NCBI GenBank assembly: GCA_046536675.1
Contig: JAWDMK010000002.1
Span: forward strand, 1 to 58,292
Length of the DNA: 58,292 bases
Reading direction: 5' to 3'
Source of the DNA: Candidatus Micrarchaeota archaeon
Lineage (GTDB): Archaea; Micrarchaeota; Micrarchaeia; Micrarchaeales; CABMGC01
Position numbers and translations under genes: made by a program. The stretch's first letter is position 1, and every line of letters starts with the position of its first letter. Under the pieces are notes generated by a model. The model had not been told where the DNA came from. It was given only the letters and a program-made list of their open reading frames with translations, and did no database searches. Positions 36,646 through 45,841 of this stretch are shown here, one piece after another.

Positions 36646-39323
36646 CCAACAAGATTAAAAGCTTCCCTTTCATTTATTATACCTGTAATTGTAGACAAGC
36701 CATTATTAGGATAAGAACCATAGAAAGGAGTGTAGTAAACGTTATAAGCTGTGCCATTATTGCCTAAGCCACTATAGTCATTTGCATTGCCGTTTAATGG
36801 CCACCATGCAACAAGATTTGCAGTATATGGCAAGCCTGATACGCCTTCCTGATAAAGCTGCTGTATCTGGCTCGGCGAAAGAGCTGCATTATAGAGTTGG
36901 ACATTTGCTATCGAGCCGTTAAAGGCATTACTATCGCACTGCGCGAATTGAGTTCCTATTGTAGCCCCAGGCGAGCTAGTATATGTATTTCCATTTGTAT
37001 TCGCAGAGCTTACTCCATCTAGATACCAATAGTAATTAGGTGGATTTACGGAAACTGCTATGAAGTGCCATTTGTTATTAAATATAGAATAAGGTAGTAG
37101 TGCACCGCTGCTTGCATCTGCACTGGTACATCTATGCAACACAAGACAAGTATTTGGCAAACAGCTGTTTTGTATCCCGAATGCCTGATAGCTCTTTAAT
37201 GAAAAAGTTGCAGTAGTCCATGAGTGGCTAAAATCTTGAATGGAACTAGGCTTAATCCACATAGCCATTGTAAAGATAACATTTGTACCAGCAATCGGCT
37301 CTGAAGGAGCAAATATAACGCTGTTAGAGTTATATGGCCCACTAGACCACTGACCGTTAAACTGTGCTGTATAAAAGTTTGGGCCAACTTCAAGCGGCAA
37401 CCTGCTTATATATAGCGCAGAGTTGCAATTCTTGCCACTTATGCACGACAATGTGCCAGGAATAGGCAATGTATTAGGCGTAGGCACAATGTATATAGAA
37501 TCTCTTGTATAGTTTATTAAATTATTAAATTTCACATTAGTTGCAACGCCGTTGTTGCCATTACCACTGTAGTCATTTGCATTACTATTTAGAGGCCACC
37601 AGCCTACAAGACCCGCATTTGGCAATGGCAGACCTTCGATGCCTTCTTGATAAAGCTGCTGAATCTGACTCGGCGAAAGAGATTTATTATAAATTTGAAC
37701 GTTTGCTATAGAACCGTCAAAAAGGCAACTTGGGCTAGGCCAAGCACCTATCCATGAGGTAATAGGAGTTTGGATGGATATTTGTTTGTTACCGGACAAA
37801 GAACCTGTTGCACTATTATTGTTTTCATATACTGTCACTGTTGTTGCACCACTTGTATAAACAGCCGCAATGAACGTCCATGTATTGCGCGTTACTTGGA
37901 ATGGCGAAACGTAATCATTACCGCAGCTTGCGAAAGAAACATATCCATTTCCATTAAGTCCTAAACCAACGCCGTTTGCATTACAACCAGACGAGAAGTT
38001 ACCATATCCAAAAGTCATCTCCTGTCCGCAACCACTAGCCGTGTAGATCGGCACATTTACCCATGCAGTTATCGAAACAGTAGGAGAGCCAGTAGGTATG
38101 TTGTTCGTGCCTGTCTTGATGTAGCTGTTCTGCCCGTTGAACTGCGCTGCATAGCGGTTTGAACCTGAAAAAGTGAATATACCATTAGGTGAACTTCTTA
38201 GAAAGTTTGCGCTTGCCCTATCAATATAGGATGGCAAAAAAGGTGATGCAAAATATGAGCCATTCTGTATAGCGTTTCTAAGACCTTCTATATTTAGCAA
38301 GTCCATTCCAGGCCCGTAGAGAAGAACTTTTGTTCCGTTTGGAATGTAATTAAGTATATTTGTAGAACTAGAATACTGAAGCCAAGGAATGTTTGGTGGT
38401 GAGCTTATACTATTTATAGAATATGTAACTAAGCCGCCAAACTTATTTGCAATTGTGCAGGTTGCATTTGTAATTAAGTTTGCGTTTGGAGTAGCTAATA
38501 TAATTGATTTATTAAGCGGCGCTGTATTTGCCCAGGATGGAACATTACTTGATAAGCTTGTACATGTAACACCACTAGGTACATGTAATACAATACCATA
38601 TATGAAAGCATTGCTACTAGAATTGCCATATGTTGCATAAGCACCTCCTACAACACTTGTGAGATTATTTATTGAAGAAAACCTTATTGGTCTTTGCACG
38701 CCCTGTTGAGCATAGAAAAGATCATAAGTTCCATTAAGAGGTATAGAAGCAGATACTGGAATAGAGTAGTTTTGTATGCCAGATGGAGTTGCTATTGAAA
38801 CATTCTCTACATATGAAACAGAGAGATTATATGGGCTTGTTTGATATATTATTGGCTTAGACTCGCTTATCTTTACAGCTAGTGGAGAAGGCTTGATATT
38901 GTTGATTATAGAAGCATTATAAGCCTTAAATGTTGCATTACCCATCCACATTGCCAATGCATTTGCAGCTAATGAGTTTGGCGCTACATTCGGAAGCGTT
39001 CCGTTAACAATAAGGTAAGAAAGGTATTGGCTTAGATTGCCCACAAAATTTCCTTTCCTCATACTTGCATTATATTCATAGCTGGTTAGAGCAGATAAAG
39101 CTTTTGAAAGTGAAGCAGCTGCAAAGGCTTGCGAGGAAGAAATAAGTGAAGATGCATAATTTACAGATGATGAGACAAGCAATGAGCTCTGCTGTATTTT
39201 GTTATAGCTTATGTTTAGAAGAGTAAAAATAAGCAGTTCAGCGATCATGAGAGTAAAAAGAACCACTACCAATACTGTCATCAAGAATCCTTTCCTGCTT
39301 CTTTTTTTATTCATCATTGCCAT
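36642..39323 (-). CDS. giant prepilin-like adhesin with two Laminin_G_3 (LamG) domains and a truncated third
   Basis: 893 aa. The N-terminus is basic followed by Gly and a hydrophobic helix (KKRSRKG/FLMTVLVVVLFTLMIAELLIF). Two LamG ends read GSIANVQ(I/L)YN..LSPSQIQQLYQEG. The protein stops shortly after a third WWPLNGNANDYSGLGNNG domain start. Confidence 0.7.
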   Translation of the reverse strand: MAMMNKKRSRKGFLMTVLVVVLFTLMIAELLIFTLLNISYNKIQQSSLLVSSSVNYASSLISSSQAFAAASLSKALSALTSYEYNASMRKGNFVGNLSQYLSYLIVNGTLPNVAPNSLAANALAMWMGNATFKAYNASIINNIKPSPLAVKISESKPIIYQTSPYNLSVSYVENVSIATPSGIQNYSIPVSASIPLNGTYDLFYAQQGVQRPIRFSSINNLTSVVGGAYATYGNSSSNAFIYGIVLHVPSGVTCTSLSSNVPSWANTAPLNKSIILATPNANLITNATCTIANKFGGLVTYSINSISSPPNIPWLQYSSSTNILNYIPNGTKVLLYGPGMDLLNIEGLRNAIQNGSYFASPFLPSYIDRASANFLRSSPNGIFTFSGSNRYAAQFNGQNSYIKTGTNNIPTGSPTVSITAWVNVPIYTASGCGQEMTFGYGNFSSGCNANGVGLGLNGNGYVSFASCGNDYVSPFQVTRNTWTFIAAVYTSGATTVTVYENNNSATGSLSGNKQISIQTPITSWIGAWPSPSCLFDGSIANVQIYNKSLSPSQIQQLYQEGIEGLPLPNAGLVGWWPLNSNANDYSGNGNNGVATNVKFNNLINYTRDSIYIVPTPNTLPIPGTLSCISGKNCNSALYISRLPLEVGPNFYTAQFNGQWSSGPYNSNSVIFAPSEPIAGTNVIFTMAMWIKPSSIQDFSHSWTTATFSLKSYQAFGIQNSCLPNTCLVLHRCTSADASSGALLPYSIFNNKWHFIAVSVNPPNYYWYLDGVSSANTNGNTYTSSPGATIGTQFAQCDSNAFNGSIANVQLYNAALSPSQIQQLYQEGVSGLPYTANLVAWWPLNGNANDYSGLGNNGTAYNVYYTPFYGSYPNNGLSTITGIINEREAFNLVG
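36752..36918 (-). repeat. LamG linker DNA module, copy 5 (3' end of the 893 aa gene)
   Basis: Encodes GSIANVQLYNAALSPSQIQQLYQEGVSGLPYTANLVAWWPLNGNANDYSGLGNNGT. Confidence 0.8.
37546..37715 (-). repeat. LamG linker DNA module, copy 4 (in the 893 aa gene)
   Basis: Encodes GSIANVQIYNKSLSPSQIQQLYQEGIEGLPLPNAGLVGWWPLNSNANDYSGNGNNGV. Confidence 0.8.
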
Positions 39324-41470
39324 GAAATAACACTCACATTATATATATAAGATGAATTTAGGAACCAATTATAAATCTGCATCGGCACACTTATCTTGCT
39401 AGCCACATGCGCATTGTAGAATTTTGGTGGAAGCGGAGCGCTTCTAAGAAGTGATTGGCATGAGGCTCCGATGTAGCCAGTATTGTTTAGCGCATAAACA
39501 TCGTATGCGCAGCCTTCTGGATACCACGCAATTAAGCCATTAAGTATGGGAGAGCCGCTAGGACCACTTAGATATAATAAGCCAACCTGCTGAGGGCTTA
39601 GAACAGTATTATAGATCTGCACGTTTGAAATGAGCCCATTGAATGTGGAACTACCAAAAGGAAGATAACCTATATAGAACGGACTAACCCCATGTGCTAT
39701 TGGCGCAGCCTCCTTCTTTGAACCAACCAATGTGCCATTAACGTAAAGGTAAAGTGTATTTGATGGCTGGCTATATTCTGCAACAATATGATACCATCTA
39801 TTTAAGTTAATTGTAGTGCCAACTCTTGAGTTTTGGGCACTAACATTATTGGTAAAAATGAGGACTTGACTTGAAGAAATGTTTGAGGATTGGTAAATAT
39901 AAGGAAAGCCATTACCCAAACTATTCTGGCCTATTATGCCGTTGTTTGGAGACCAAGAATATGGATAAATCCAGAAAGACCATGAATAAGAAGGAGTATC
40001 TAGGCTCGGATTTCGTATATATGCATAGGTATTGCCATAATATGTAGCACTTAAAACACTGCTTGTATTCATGCCCTTTCCAGAAACCATGATAGTATAG
40101 TTGTACATTGGATAAATAGAGCTTGCAAGCTCTTCTGCACAACCCGTTTGGCGATTTACATATAGAGAAGCAATAGTGTAAAGAATAGAAGAGTTTGCAT
40201 TTGCATTTTGTATGTTGCAAGAGCCAAATGCAATAACCTTGTTGCCAGTTATTGCAAAGAGTTTGCCATATGCTATAGCTAGATAAGGTGAAAAAGTAAG
40301 TGGGGGAGGAAGCTGATAATACCAGATTATGCTTCCGTTCTTTAAGCTTTGAGCTGTTAGATTGCCAGCCCAAACAGCATATACCATGCCACCACCAACA
40401 ACAGGCGAGGCATTTATCGGAGCAGGGCCATAAGACATTGGCCAGCTCCAAAGCTGCGTACCGCTTGGAGTTGTTGCTAGAATTGATTTTGTGCCTTGAT
40501 AAATAACAATATTATTATATACATCAACGCCGGTTACTTGTGAACCAGCTGATGTGCTGAAAAGCTGTGTACCATTTAGGTAGCTTGCACCTGCATTGCT
40601 TGAAGAACCATAATAAAATATATTACCCAAAGAAGCGATTGGACTTACGCTCGCTGAAGCTTTTAGAGGATAGAGAAGCTGTGCTGCATTGCCTGAGAAT
40701 ACAATTGTACCTATATAGTTTGATGATGTCTTAAAGGTTAATGAACCAGATGTAGAGGCAAAGGAGGTCGGTGATTGACCTATGTTTACAGACCATGCAC
40801 TAGAGCCGTTGCTTAGATATAAGGCATAAGTGTAAAAATTGCTAGCACCAAAAATAAGCTTATTATCATTAATAATAAAAGGCGATGTTATTTGAACCTG
40901 TGAACCAGCTATTGCAACTATATTTGCACTCCATATTAAGTTTCCGTTCACTGGGTTAAGTGCTGTTATATTTGTTGCATTAGCATATACTAGCATATTA
41001 TAATAAATTACCGGTGTTGATTGAACGTTTGTTTGCACATTCTTAGACCACGCTTTAAGCCCTGTTGTTGCGTTTACAGCAAATAGAGAAGAGCCTGAAC
41101 CAAAATAAATATTGCCATAGCCAGCAACAATGCCTGTCTGTATATTGCTTGGAGCTGTAAAAATAAATGATACAAAAGGATAAGCAGGTCCAAAATTTGC
41201 ACCGGCATTGTTTGCATTGTTGGAATGCAGCATTGGCCAAGAAGCTGCCTGGGTATTTGATAGCGCAAGCATCTGGTTTGCAAGCCTATTACTTTGTGCA
41301 AGGTAAGCCAGATTTGTGCTTTCCAACTGGCTTAATATAGAAGCAGCTTCGCCATATCTGAATGAATAAGAGACTTGTGGTGTGTAGAAAAAGTAAAGCA
41401 TAATAGAGATACTAGCTATTGCCACTATCAAGGCAAAGAGCGCATCAAGTGTGAATATAACACCCTTCAT
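39314..41470 (-). CDS. prepilin-like protein with PQQ/BamB-like beta-propeller repeats and a C-terminal LamG domain
   Basis: 718 aa. Class III-like N-terminus MKG/VIFTLDALFALIVAIASISIML. Repeated motifs of the type G.IYFGS....L.A.N..TG...WS. C-terminal LamG end GLISNVQIYNTVLSPQQVGLLY. Confidence 0.65.
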   Translation of the reverse strand: MKGVIFTLDALFALIVAIASISIMLYFFYTPQVSYSFRYGEAASILSQLESTNLAYLAQSNRLANQMLALSNTQAASWPMLHSNNANNAGANFGPAYPFVSFIFTAPSNIQTGIVAGYGNIYFGSGSSLFAVNATTGLKAWSKNVQTNVQSTPVIYYNMLVYANATNITALNPVNGNLIWSANIVAIAGSQVQITSPFIINDNKLIFGASNFYTYALYLSNGSSAWSVNIGQSPTSFASTSGSLTFKTSSNYIGTIVFSGNAAQLLYPLKASASVSPIASLGNIFYYGSSSNAGASYLNGTQLFSTSAGSQVTGVDVYNNIVIYQGTKSILATTPSGTQLWSWPMSYGPAPINASPVVGGGMVYAVWAGNLTAQSLKNGSIIWYYQLPPPLTFSPYLAIAYGKLFAITGNKVIAFGSCNIQNANANSSILYTIASLYVNRQTGCAEELASSIYPMYNYTIMVSGKGMNTSSVLSATYYGNTYAYIRNPSLDTPSYSWSFWIYPYSWSPNNGIIGQNSLGNGFPYIYQSSNISSSQVLIFTNNVSAQNSRVGTTINLNRWYHIVAEYSQPSNTLYLYVNGTLVGSKKEAAPIAHGVSPFYIGYLPFGSSTFNGLISNVQIYNTVLSPQQVGLLYLSGPSGSPILNGLIAWYPEGCAYDVYALNNTGYIGASCQSLLRSAPLPPKFYNAHVASKISVPMQIYNWFLNSSYIYNVSVISWQ

Positions 41471-41997
41471 TACTCAACACCAAATGATGTGTTAGTCCAA
41501 ACCATAACCTGCATCGTTGCTGGCATGCCGTTTATTATTATAGGCTTATTTACAACATAAATACTCATAGCATGTGCTGCATATGGACTTAGCCCAATTC
41601 CAAAATTTATTTTCTGATAATTTATCACAATATAGTAATCATAGCCAACACCAACAGCTTGCTTTGTTGCTTGATAATTTAAGTTTGCCATACTCTGCAA
41701 TGTAGCGACCTTCTCGAGCGAAACTTCACCATTGCTTCCTAGTAGACCAATAGATATATTTGACCAAGTGCTTGGATTGCTAGGGTTTACAATCGAGCTC
41801 CATGAACTTGGTGATCCCGGCGATAACAACCTATTGGCAAGGGCTTGGGCCTGCATTTGCATAGAGCCAACACCATAACCATATGAAAGTGCGAACTGAT
41901 TGTTTATACTATACCATACAAATGCAAGTATGGTTATTGCAAATCCAAATATTACCATTGCAAATATAATGTCAAATGACCAAAACTGTAGCCTCAT
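41470..41997 (-). CDS. minor prepilin-like protein
   Basis: 175 aa. N-terminus MRLQFWSFDIIFAMVIFGFAITILAF follows the Q-x-S-x-(E/D)-hydrophobic pattern. It has a 4 nt overlap with the upstream gene and a 1 nt overlap with the downstream gene. Confidence 0.6.
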   Translation of the reverse strand: MRLQFWSFDIIFAMVIFGFAITILAFVWYSINNQFALSYGYGVGSMQMQAQALANRLLSPGSPSSWSSIVNPSNPSTWSNISIGLLGSNGEVSLEKVATLQSMANLNYQATKQAVGVGYDYYIVINYQKINFGIGLSPYAAHAMSIYVVNKPIIINGMPATMQVMVWTNTSFGVE

Positions 41998-44900
41998 GGC
42001 AAAACACCCATACTAACTTCTGTACTTGCATATGCTGGATATATGTTATTATACAGTTCATTTATCTGCTGTGGCGTAAGCGCTTTATTATAAATTTGAA
42101 GGTTCGCTATAGAGCCATTTAAGCCTTGGAAAGCTTGGCCACCAAGATAGCCGACATTAAAACCTATTCCGAGATAATGAGCAGCAGAACAATTTTCTTC
42201 TTGAAAACTAAGAGATTGGTTCTGAGTTCCAACATAAAACGTGGCGGTTCCTGTGTTTATGCCACCATTTTTAAGAGTAAGTGCAACAAATGTCCATTTT
42301 CTTAGGGGAACAACCAGGTTTGAGGCTGTGTAGACCCAATTGTTTGTGGTTTTAGCATTCCATGCGGCAGCAAATAGATTTCCACCAGTAGTTACACCAA
42401 ATTGAAAGTCAACTAGAGGATTACCCTCGGTGTAAATGAATGGGGAGCCTGCATATGAATTCAAATAGACCATAGCAACAATTGTATAGTTGGGCTGAAG
42501 GTTAAGTGGTGCATATGATGCATTGTAGATATAGCTATTTCCATTGAAGTTAATTCCATAGCTTCCGAAAGAATAAAGATAAGATGGCTTTACTATCTGT
42601 TGCTGTGTATATATAACGTTTGCCGGCACGCCATTGTTGCCATTGCCACTATAGTCGTTTGCATTGCCATCAAGTGGATACCATGCAACTAAGCCTGTAG
42701 AATTTGGTAAGCCCGTAACACCGGCATTATAAAGCTGCGTAATTTGAGATAAAGACAATGCCCTTGAATAAACCTGAACATTTGCTATCTTACCAAAAAA
42801 TTGATTTCCGCCTATAGGGTAAGCAGTCGTTAGACCTATTTGAAGATTGCCTGGCGTAGCATGCCCTAAAAGCGTACCCACATTCTTTGACCAAACAAGC
42901 TTTCCATTCAGATATACATTATAAGCAGAGCCATTGTATGTTGCACCGACAAAGTTCCATGTATTAAGTGGAAAATATGAATTTATGCCGAGCCACCCAC
43001 CCGTGTTATAGCCGTTTATCATTATCTGCGTAGACCCGCCAGTTGCAACCTCTATTGCGCCGGAATCTCCAGCACTCGTAGCAATAACCCTGCTATAACT
43101 CTCAGCAGATGTAGGATATATCCAAGCAAAATAGGAAAAGCTTGTGTAATTTATAGGATTTATTGTAGGCACATTGATGTAGGCTGCAGAACTTGTAGAA
43201 CCCGTAGGATTGAAAGTTGCAAATGTTACATTTGAATAATTTCCGCTCTCCGTGATTGGATTATTTTTAAGAAAATTAAGATTACCATATAATGCCCCGT
43301 TGTTGCCATTGCCGCTATAGTCGTTTGCATCACCATCAAGAGGATACCATGCAACAAGACCTGCATTAGGAATTGGCAAGCCTGCAATGCCTTCTTGGTA
43401 AAGCTGCCTTACTTGGCCAACATTAAGTGAATTTGAATAAAGCTGTACGTTGGCAATAGAGCCGTTAAAATATGCTATGTTGTTACTCCACGTACCAGCA
43501 CCTATGCTCCAGTTTGAAGGTGTGCATGTTTGCGGTGTCAGAGAGGCTGTTGCAATCATTACACCATCTAGAAAGAGGGTTTGCTGTGATGTTGTTTGAT
43601 TTATAACTACAAAATGCCATTTGTTATCTGCGACAAAGTAATTTGTTGAAAATGCAAGGGAGCCTGTAGAAGAAGAATCACCACCAGCAAGATAACCCTG
43701 AGGCGTTACATAAATTACTGGTGAATAGCAGCTGGCTATGCTTGGCGGCAGTTTGTTGCCGTTCCATAATACAACGCCGCCACTTGCAGTCTTAAACCAA
43801 GCTGCAACACTCAATATAGAATTAGCGCTAGGCGATGCTTGAGGTAGATTAATATAAGAGGAATTTGTGTTGAATGTTGCATAGTAGCTAGGCATATCCC
43901 AGAAGGAATTTTTCATGAAGCCATTTATGTTTGAGTTTGAGCTATATGCTATACCACCAACGCCAAGGTTTAGAGGCCACCATGCAATAATGCTATTTGC
44001 TACAGTATAATTGCCGTTGTATGCTGTAGCCTTTACAAAAGCTTTTCCAGGCACGTTGTTAAAATTAAGAAAAGATGTAGCGACACCATTTTTGTTTGTG
44101 AAGTTTGATTGAGGAACCATAGGACCGTAGGAAGATGCAAAGCTTACCAGTGTGTTTGAAAGCGGCTTGCCGTTTCCATTAAGCACTTTTGCAAAGAACT
44201 GAGATACACTAGTAAACAAAATTGGGCCATTTGTTACACCGTTGTTGCCATTGCCGCTATAATCGTTTGCATTGCCGTTTAATGGCCACCAGCCGACAAG
44301 GCCTGCATTAGGAATTGGCAAGCCGGCTATGCCTTCTTGGTAAAGCTGCTGAATCTGATTTGCTGAAAGAGATGAATTATAAAGTTGTGCATTAGCAACT
44401 TTTCCATTGAAGTAACTGCCAGTATTTGATCTGCTCGCTATATATGCATAGTTTCCATTTCCCTGAAGCGCAAGATTGCCACTTACTCCAGTACTTGCTA
44501 CTTGTACGCCGTTTATCCACAAACTAAGCGAAGAGCCATTATATCTGCTTACTAAAAAGTACCATTTGCCAGGAGTAATAGAATTTGCCTGACTTTTTGC
44601 CTCTGGCCAACAGCTGCTTGTTGTGCAGACCCATGTTTCAGCTTCATTTGTACCACTATCATTAAATGCTATTATAGGGTTTATTTCGTATCCTGGAGCC
44701 GAATCTGCGCCTAAAATTTCTTGTCTGCTCCCGCAGCAACTTCCAACAATGTGCTGACCTGAATTCCAATACGCCCAAACAGCCATTGTTGCTTGAGTGC
44801 CAGTAAGCAACGGATGTGATGACTTGATAGTGACATTTGCACCTGCGCCATTGAACTGCGCTGCATAAACGTTCTGGCTTGAAAGTGATATATACTCTGC

Positions 44901-45368
44901 TTGATTGCTCTGCGTAGCACATTGATAATCTATGCAAACCTTGCCGAATGAGTTCTGCAAATATATTGTGCCGTTTGCAACTGGTATTAGATACTGGTTT
45001 GAAGTGCCACTTACCAAATAGCTTGGATTTGAAACGACATTTTTTGCCATGCTGTATGCTATAGCTTTGATAATCTGCTTTCCCACCTTAGCCTGTAATA
45101 TTACCATTCCATTCTTTGTTATCGTTACATTGTATGGTATTAAGCCTATGAGGTTTGTAACAGCTAAACTGCCAGTATAGCCGTTACCAGCTTGCAAAGC
45201 AGAATCCATTGCACTTGCTATGCTCTGTGCTTGGAGCTGAAGCTGGGTAAATGTCTGGTCGCTTAGCCCAAGGCTTCTTTCGCTAGAGATCAATGCAAAC
45301 ATGAAGATAAAGACAAGTAGCACAAAAGAGAATACAATAAGAAATTCAAGCGAAAGCTGAAGCTTCAT
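41994..45368 (-). CDS. giant prepilin-like adhesin with four Laminin_G_3 (LamG) domains and an Ig-like spacer
   Basis: 1124 aa. Class III signal MKLQLSLEFLIVFSFVLLVF (QxSxEF type). There are four domain ends of the form G(S/K)(I/V)AN(V/A/L)Q(L/V/I)Y...L...Q(I/V)..LY. Three are followed by GL(V)(A/G)W(W/Y)PL(N/D)G(N/D)ANDYSGNGNNG starts. Confidence 0.75.
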   Translation of the reverse strand: MKLQLSLEFLIVFSFVLLVFIFMFALISSERSLGLSDQTFTQLQLQAQSIASAMDSALQAGNGYTGSLAVTNLIGLIPYNVTITKNGMVILQAKVGKQIIKAIAYSMAKNVVSNPSYLVSGTSNQYLIPVANGTIYLQNSFGKVCIDYQCATQSNQAEYISLSSQNVYAAQFNGAGANVTIKSSHPLLTGTQATMAVWAYWNSGQHIVGSCCGSRQEILGADSAPGYEINPIIAFNDSGTNEAETWVCTTSSCWPEAKSQANSITPGKWYFLVSRYNGSSLSLWINGVQVASTGVSGNLALQGNGNYAYIASRSNTGSYFNGKVANAQLYNSSLSANQIQQLYQEGIAGLPIPNAGLVGWWPLNGNANDYSGNGNNGVTNGPILFTSVSQFFAKVLNGNGKPLSNTLVSFASSYGPMVPQSNFTNKNGVATSFLNFNNVPGKAFVKATAYNGNYTVANSIIAWWPLNLGVGGIAYSSNSNINGFMKNSFWDMPSYYATFNTNSSYINLPQASPSANSILSVAAWFKTASGGVVLWNGNKLPPSIASCYSPVIYVTPQGYLAGGDSSSTGSLAFSTNYFVADNKWHFVVINQTTSQQTLFLDGVMIATASLTPQTCTPSNWSIGAGTWSNNIAYFNGSIANVQLYSNSLNVGQVRQLYQEGIAGLPIPNAGLVAWYPLDGDANDYSGNGNNGALYGNLNFLKNNPITESGNYSNVTFATFNPTGSTSSAAYINVPTINPINYTSFSYFAWIYPTSAESYSRVIATSAGDSGAIEVATGGSTQIMINGYNTGGWLGINSYFPLNTWNFVGATYNGSAYNVYLNGKLVWSKNVGTLLGHATPGNLQIGLTTAYPIGGNQFFGKIANVQVYSRALSLSQITQLYNAGVTGLPNSTGLVAWYPLDGNANDYSGNGNNGVPANVIYTQQQIVKPSYLYSFGSYGINFNGNSYIYNASYAPLNLQPNYTIVAMVYLNSYAGSPFIYTEGNPLVDFQFGVTTGGNLFAAAWNAKTTNNWVYTASNLVVPLRKWTFVALTLKNGGINTGTATFYVGTQNQSLSFQEENCSAAHYLGIGFNVGYLGGQAFQGLNGSIANLQIYNKALTPQQINELYNNIYPAYASTEVSMGVLP
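42627..42795 (-). repeat. LamG linker DNA module, copy 3
   Basis: Encodes GKIANVQVYSRALSLSQITQLYNAGVTGLPNSTGLVAWYPLDGNANDYSGNGNNGV. Confidence 0.8.
43294..43466 (-). repeat. LamG linker DNA module, copy 2
   Basis: Encodes GSIANVQLYSNSLNVGQVRQLYQEGIAGLPIPNAGLVAWYPLDGDANDYSGNGNNGA. Confidence 0.8.
44236..44406 (-). repeat. LamG-end/linker/LamG-start DNA module, copy 1
   Basis: Encodes GKVANAQLYNSSLSANQIQQLYQEGIAGLPIPNAGLVGWWPLNGNANDYSGNGNNGV. It shares long identical DNA runs with the other copies, for example GCCTTCTTGGTAAAGCTGC. Confidence 0.8.
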
Positions 45369-45385
45369 TCAAACACTTAACATAA

Positions 45386-45841
45386 TCATGTTAATGGTGT
45401 TATATAAACGCAAGGCATATTAGGTGATGTGGGGCATGAGCCCAAAGCTGTTATATTTACAAGGTATGTACCTGTAGCACTTATACCACCAAGGTTGCCG
45501 CTCACATTTACAGGCGTATATGCGGTTACAGAACTATAGCCAGTGGATGATCTCACCATGAATATAATCAGATGACCTGGTGCACCGCTCTGTGAGCCAA
45601 CATAAATGTATTGAACTCCTGGTGGCACCTGGATTTGTATAACTTGTTTTGCTGGCGGGCCTTCACTTCCAACAAATGATGCAACACTTGCAATTTTAGA
45701 AGCGGCTTGCTGTGACTCTATTGCTGAGAGCGATGAGCTTGAGCTTGCTATCTGCATAAACGCTATGACAACTATTGGGAGCAAAACAGCTAAGCCAAAC
45801 GAAAGGGTTATTAGGAGCTCAAAGCTTGATTGCGCTTTCAT
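45386..45841 (-). CDS. small prepilin (candidate major pilin), class III signal peptide
   Basis: 151 aa. MKAQSSFELLITLSFGLAVLLPIVVIAF matches the archaeal K/R-(G/A)-Q-x-S-x-E-(F/L) prepilin pattern. It is the first pilin of the operon. Confidence 0.7.
   Translation of the reverse strand: MKAQSSFELLITLSFGLAVLLPIVVIAFMQIASSSSSLSAIESQQAASKIASVASFVGSEGPPAKQVIQIQVPPGVQYIYVGSQSGAPGHLIIFMVRSSTGYSSVTAYTPVNVSGNLGGISATGTYLVNITALGSCPTSPNMPCVYITPLT

Noticed and set aside
39921-40451. 176 aa minus-strand ORF in an alternative frame of the propeller-LamG pilin gene, and similar short ORFs at 41055-41301, 44662-44937 and 37196-37393
   Set aside because: These are same-strand, out-of-frame ORFs that are Cys/Trp-rich. 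The main frame has clear domain signatures.
36752-44406. Regularly recurring ~170 nt repeats, considered as a possible CRISPR-like or satellite array
   Set aside because: The repeats are in-frame parts of coding sequence (LamG domain junctions). They are hundreds to thousands of nt apart and are not identical. They are not a CRISPR array.
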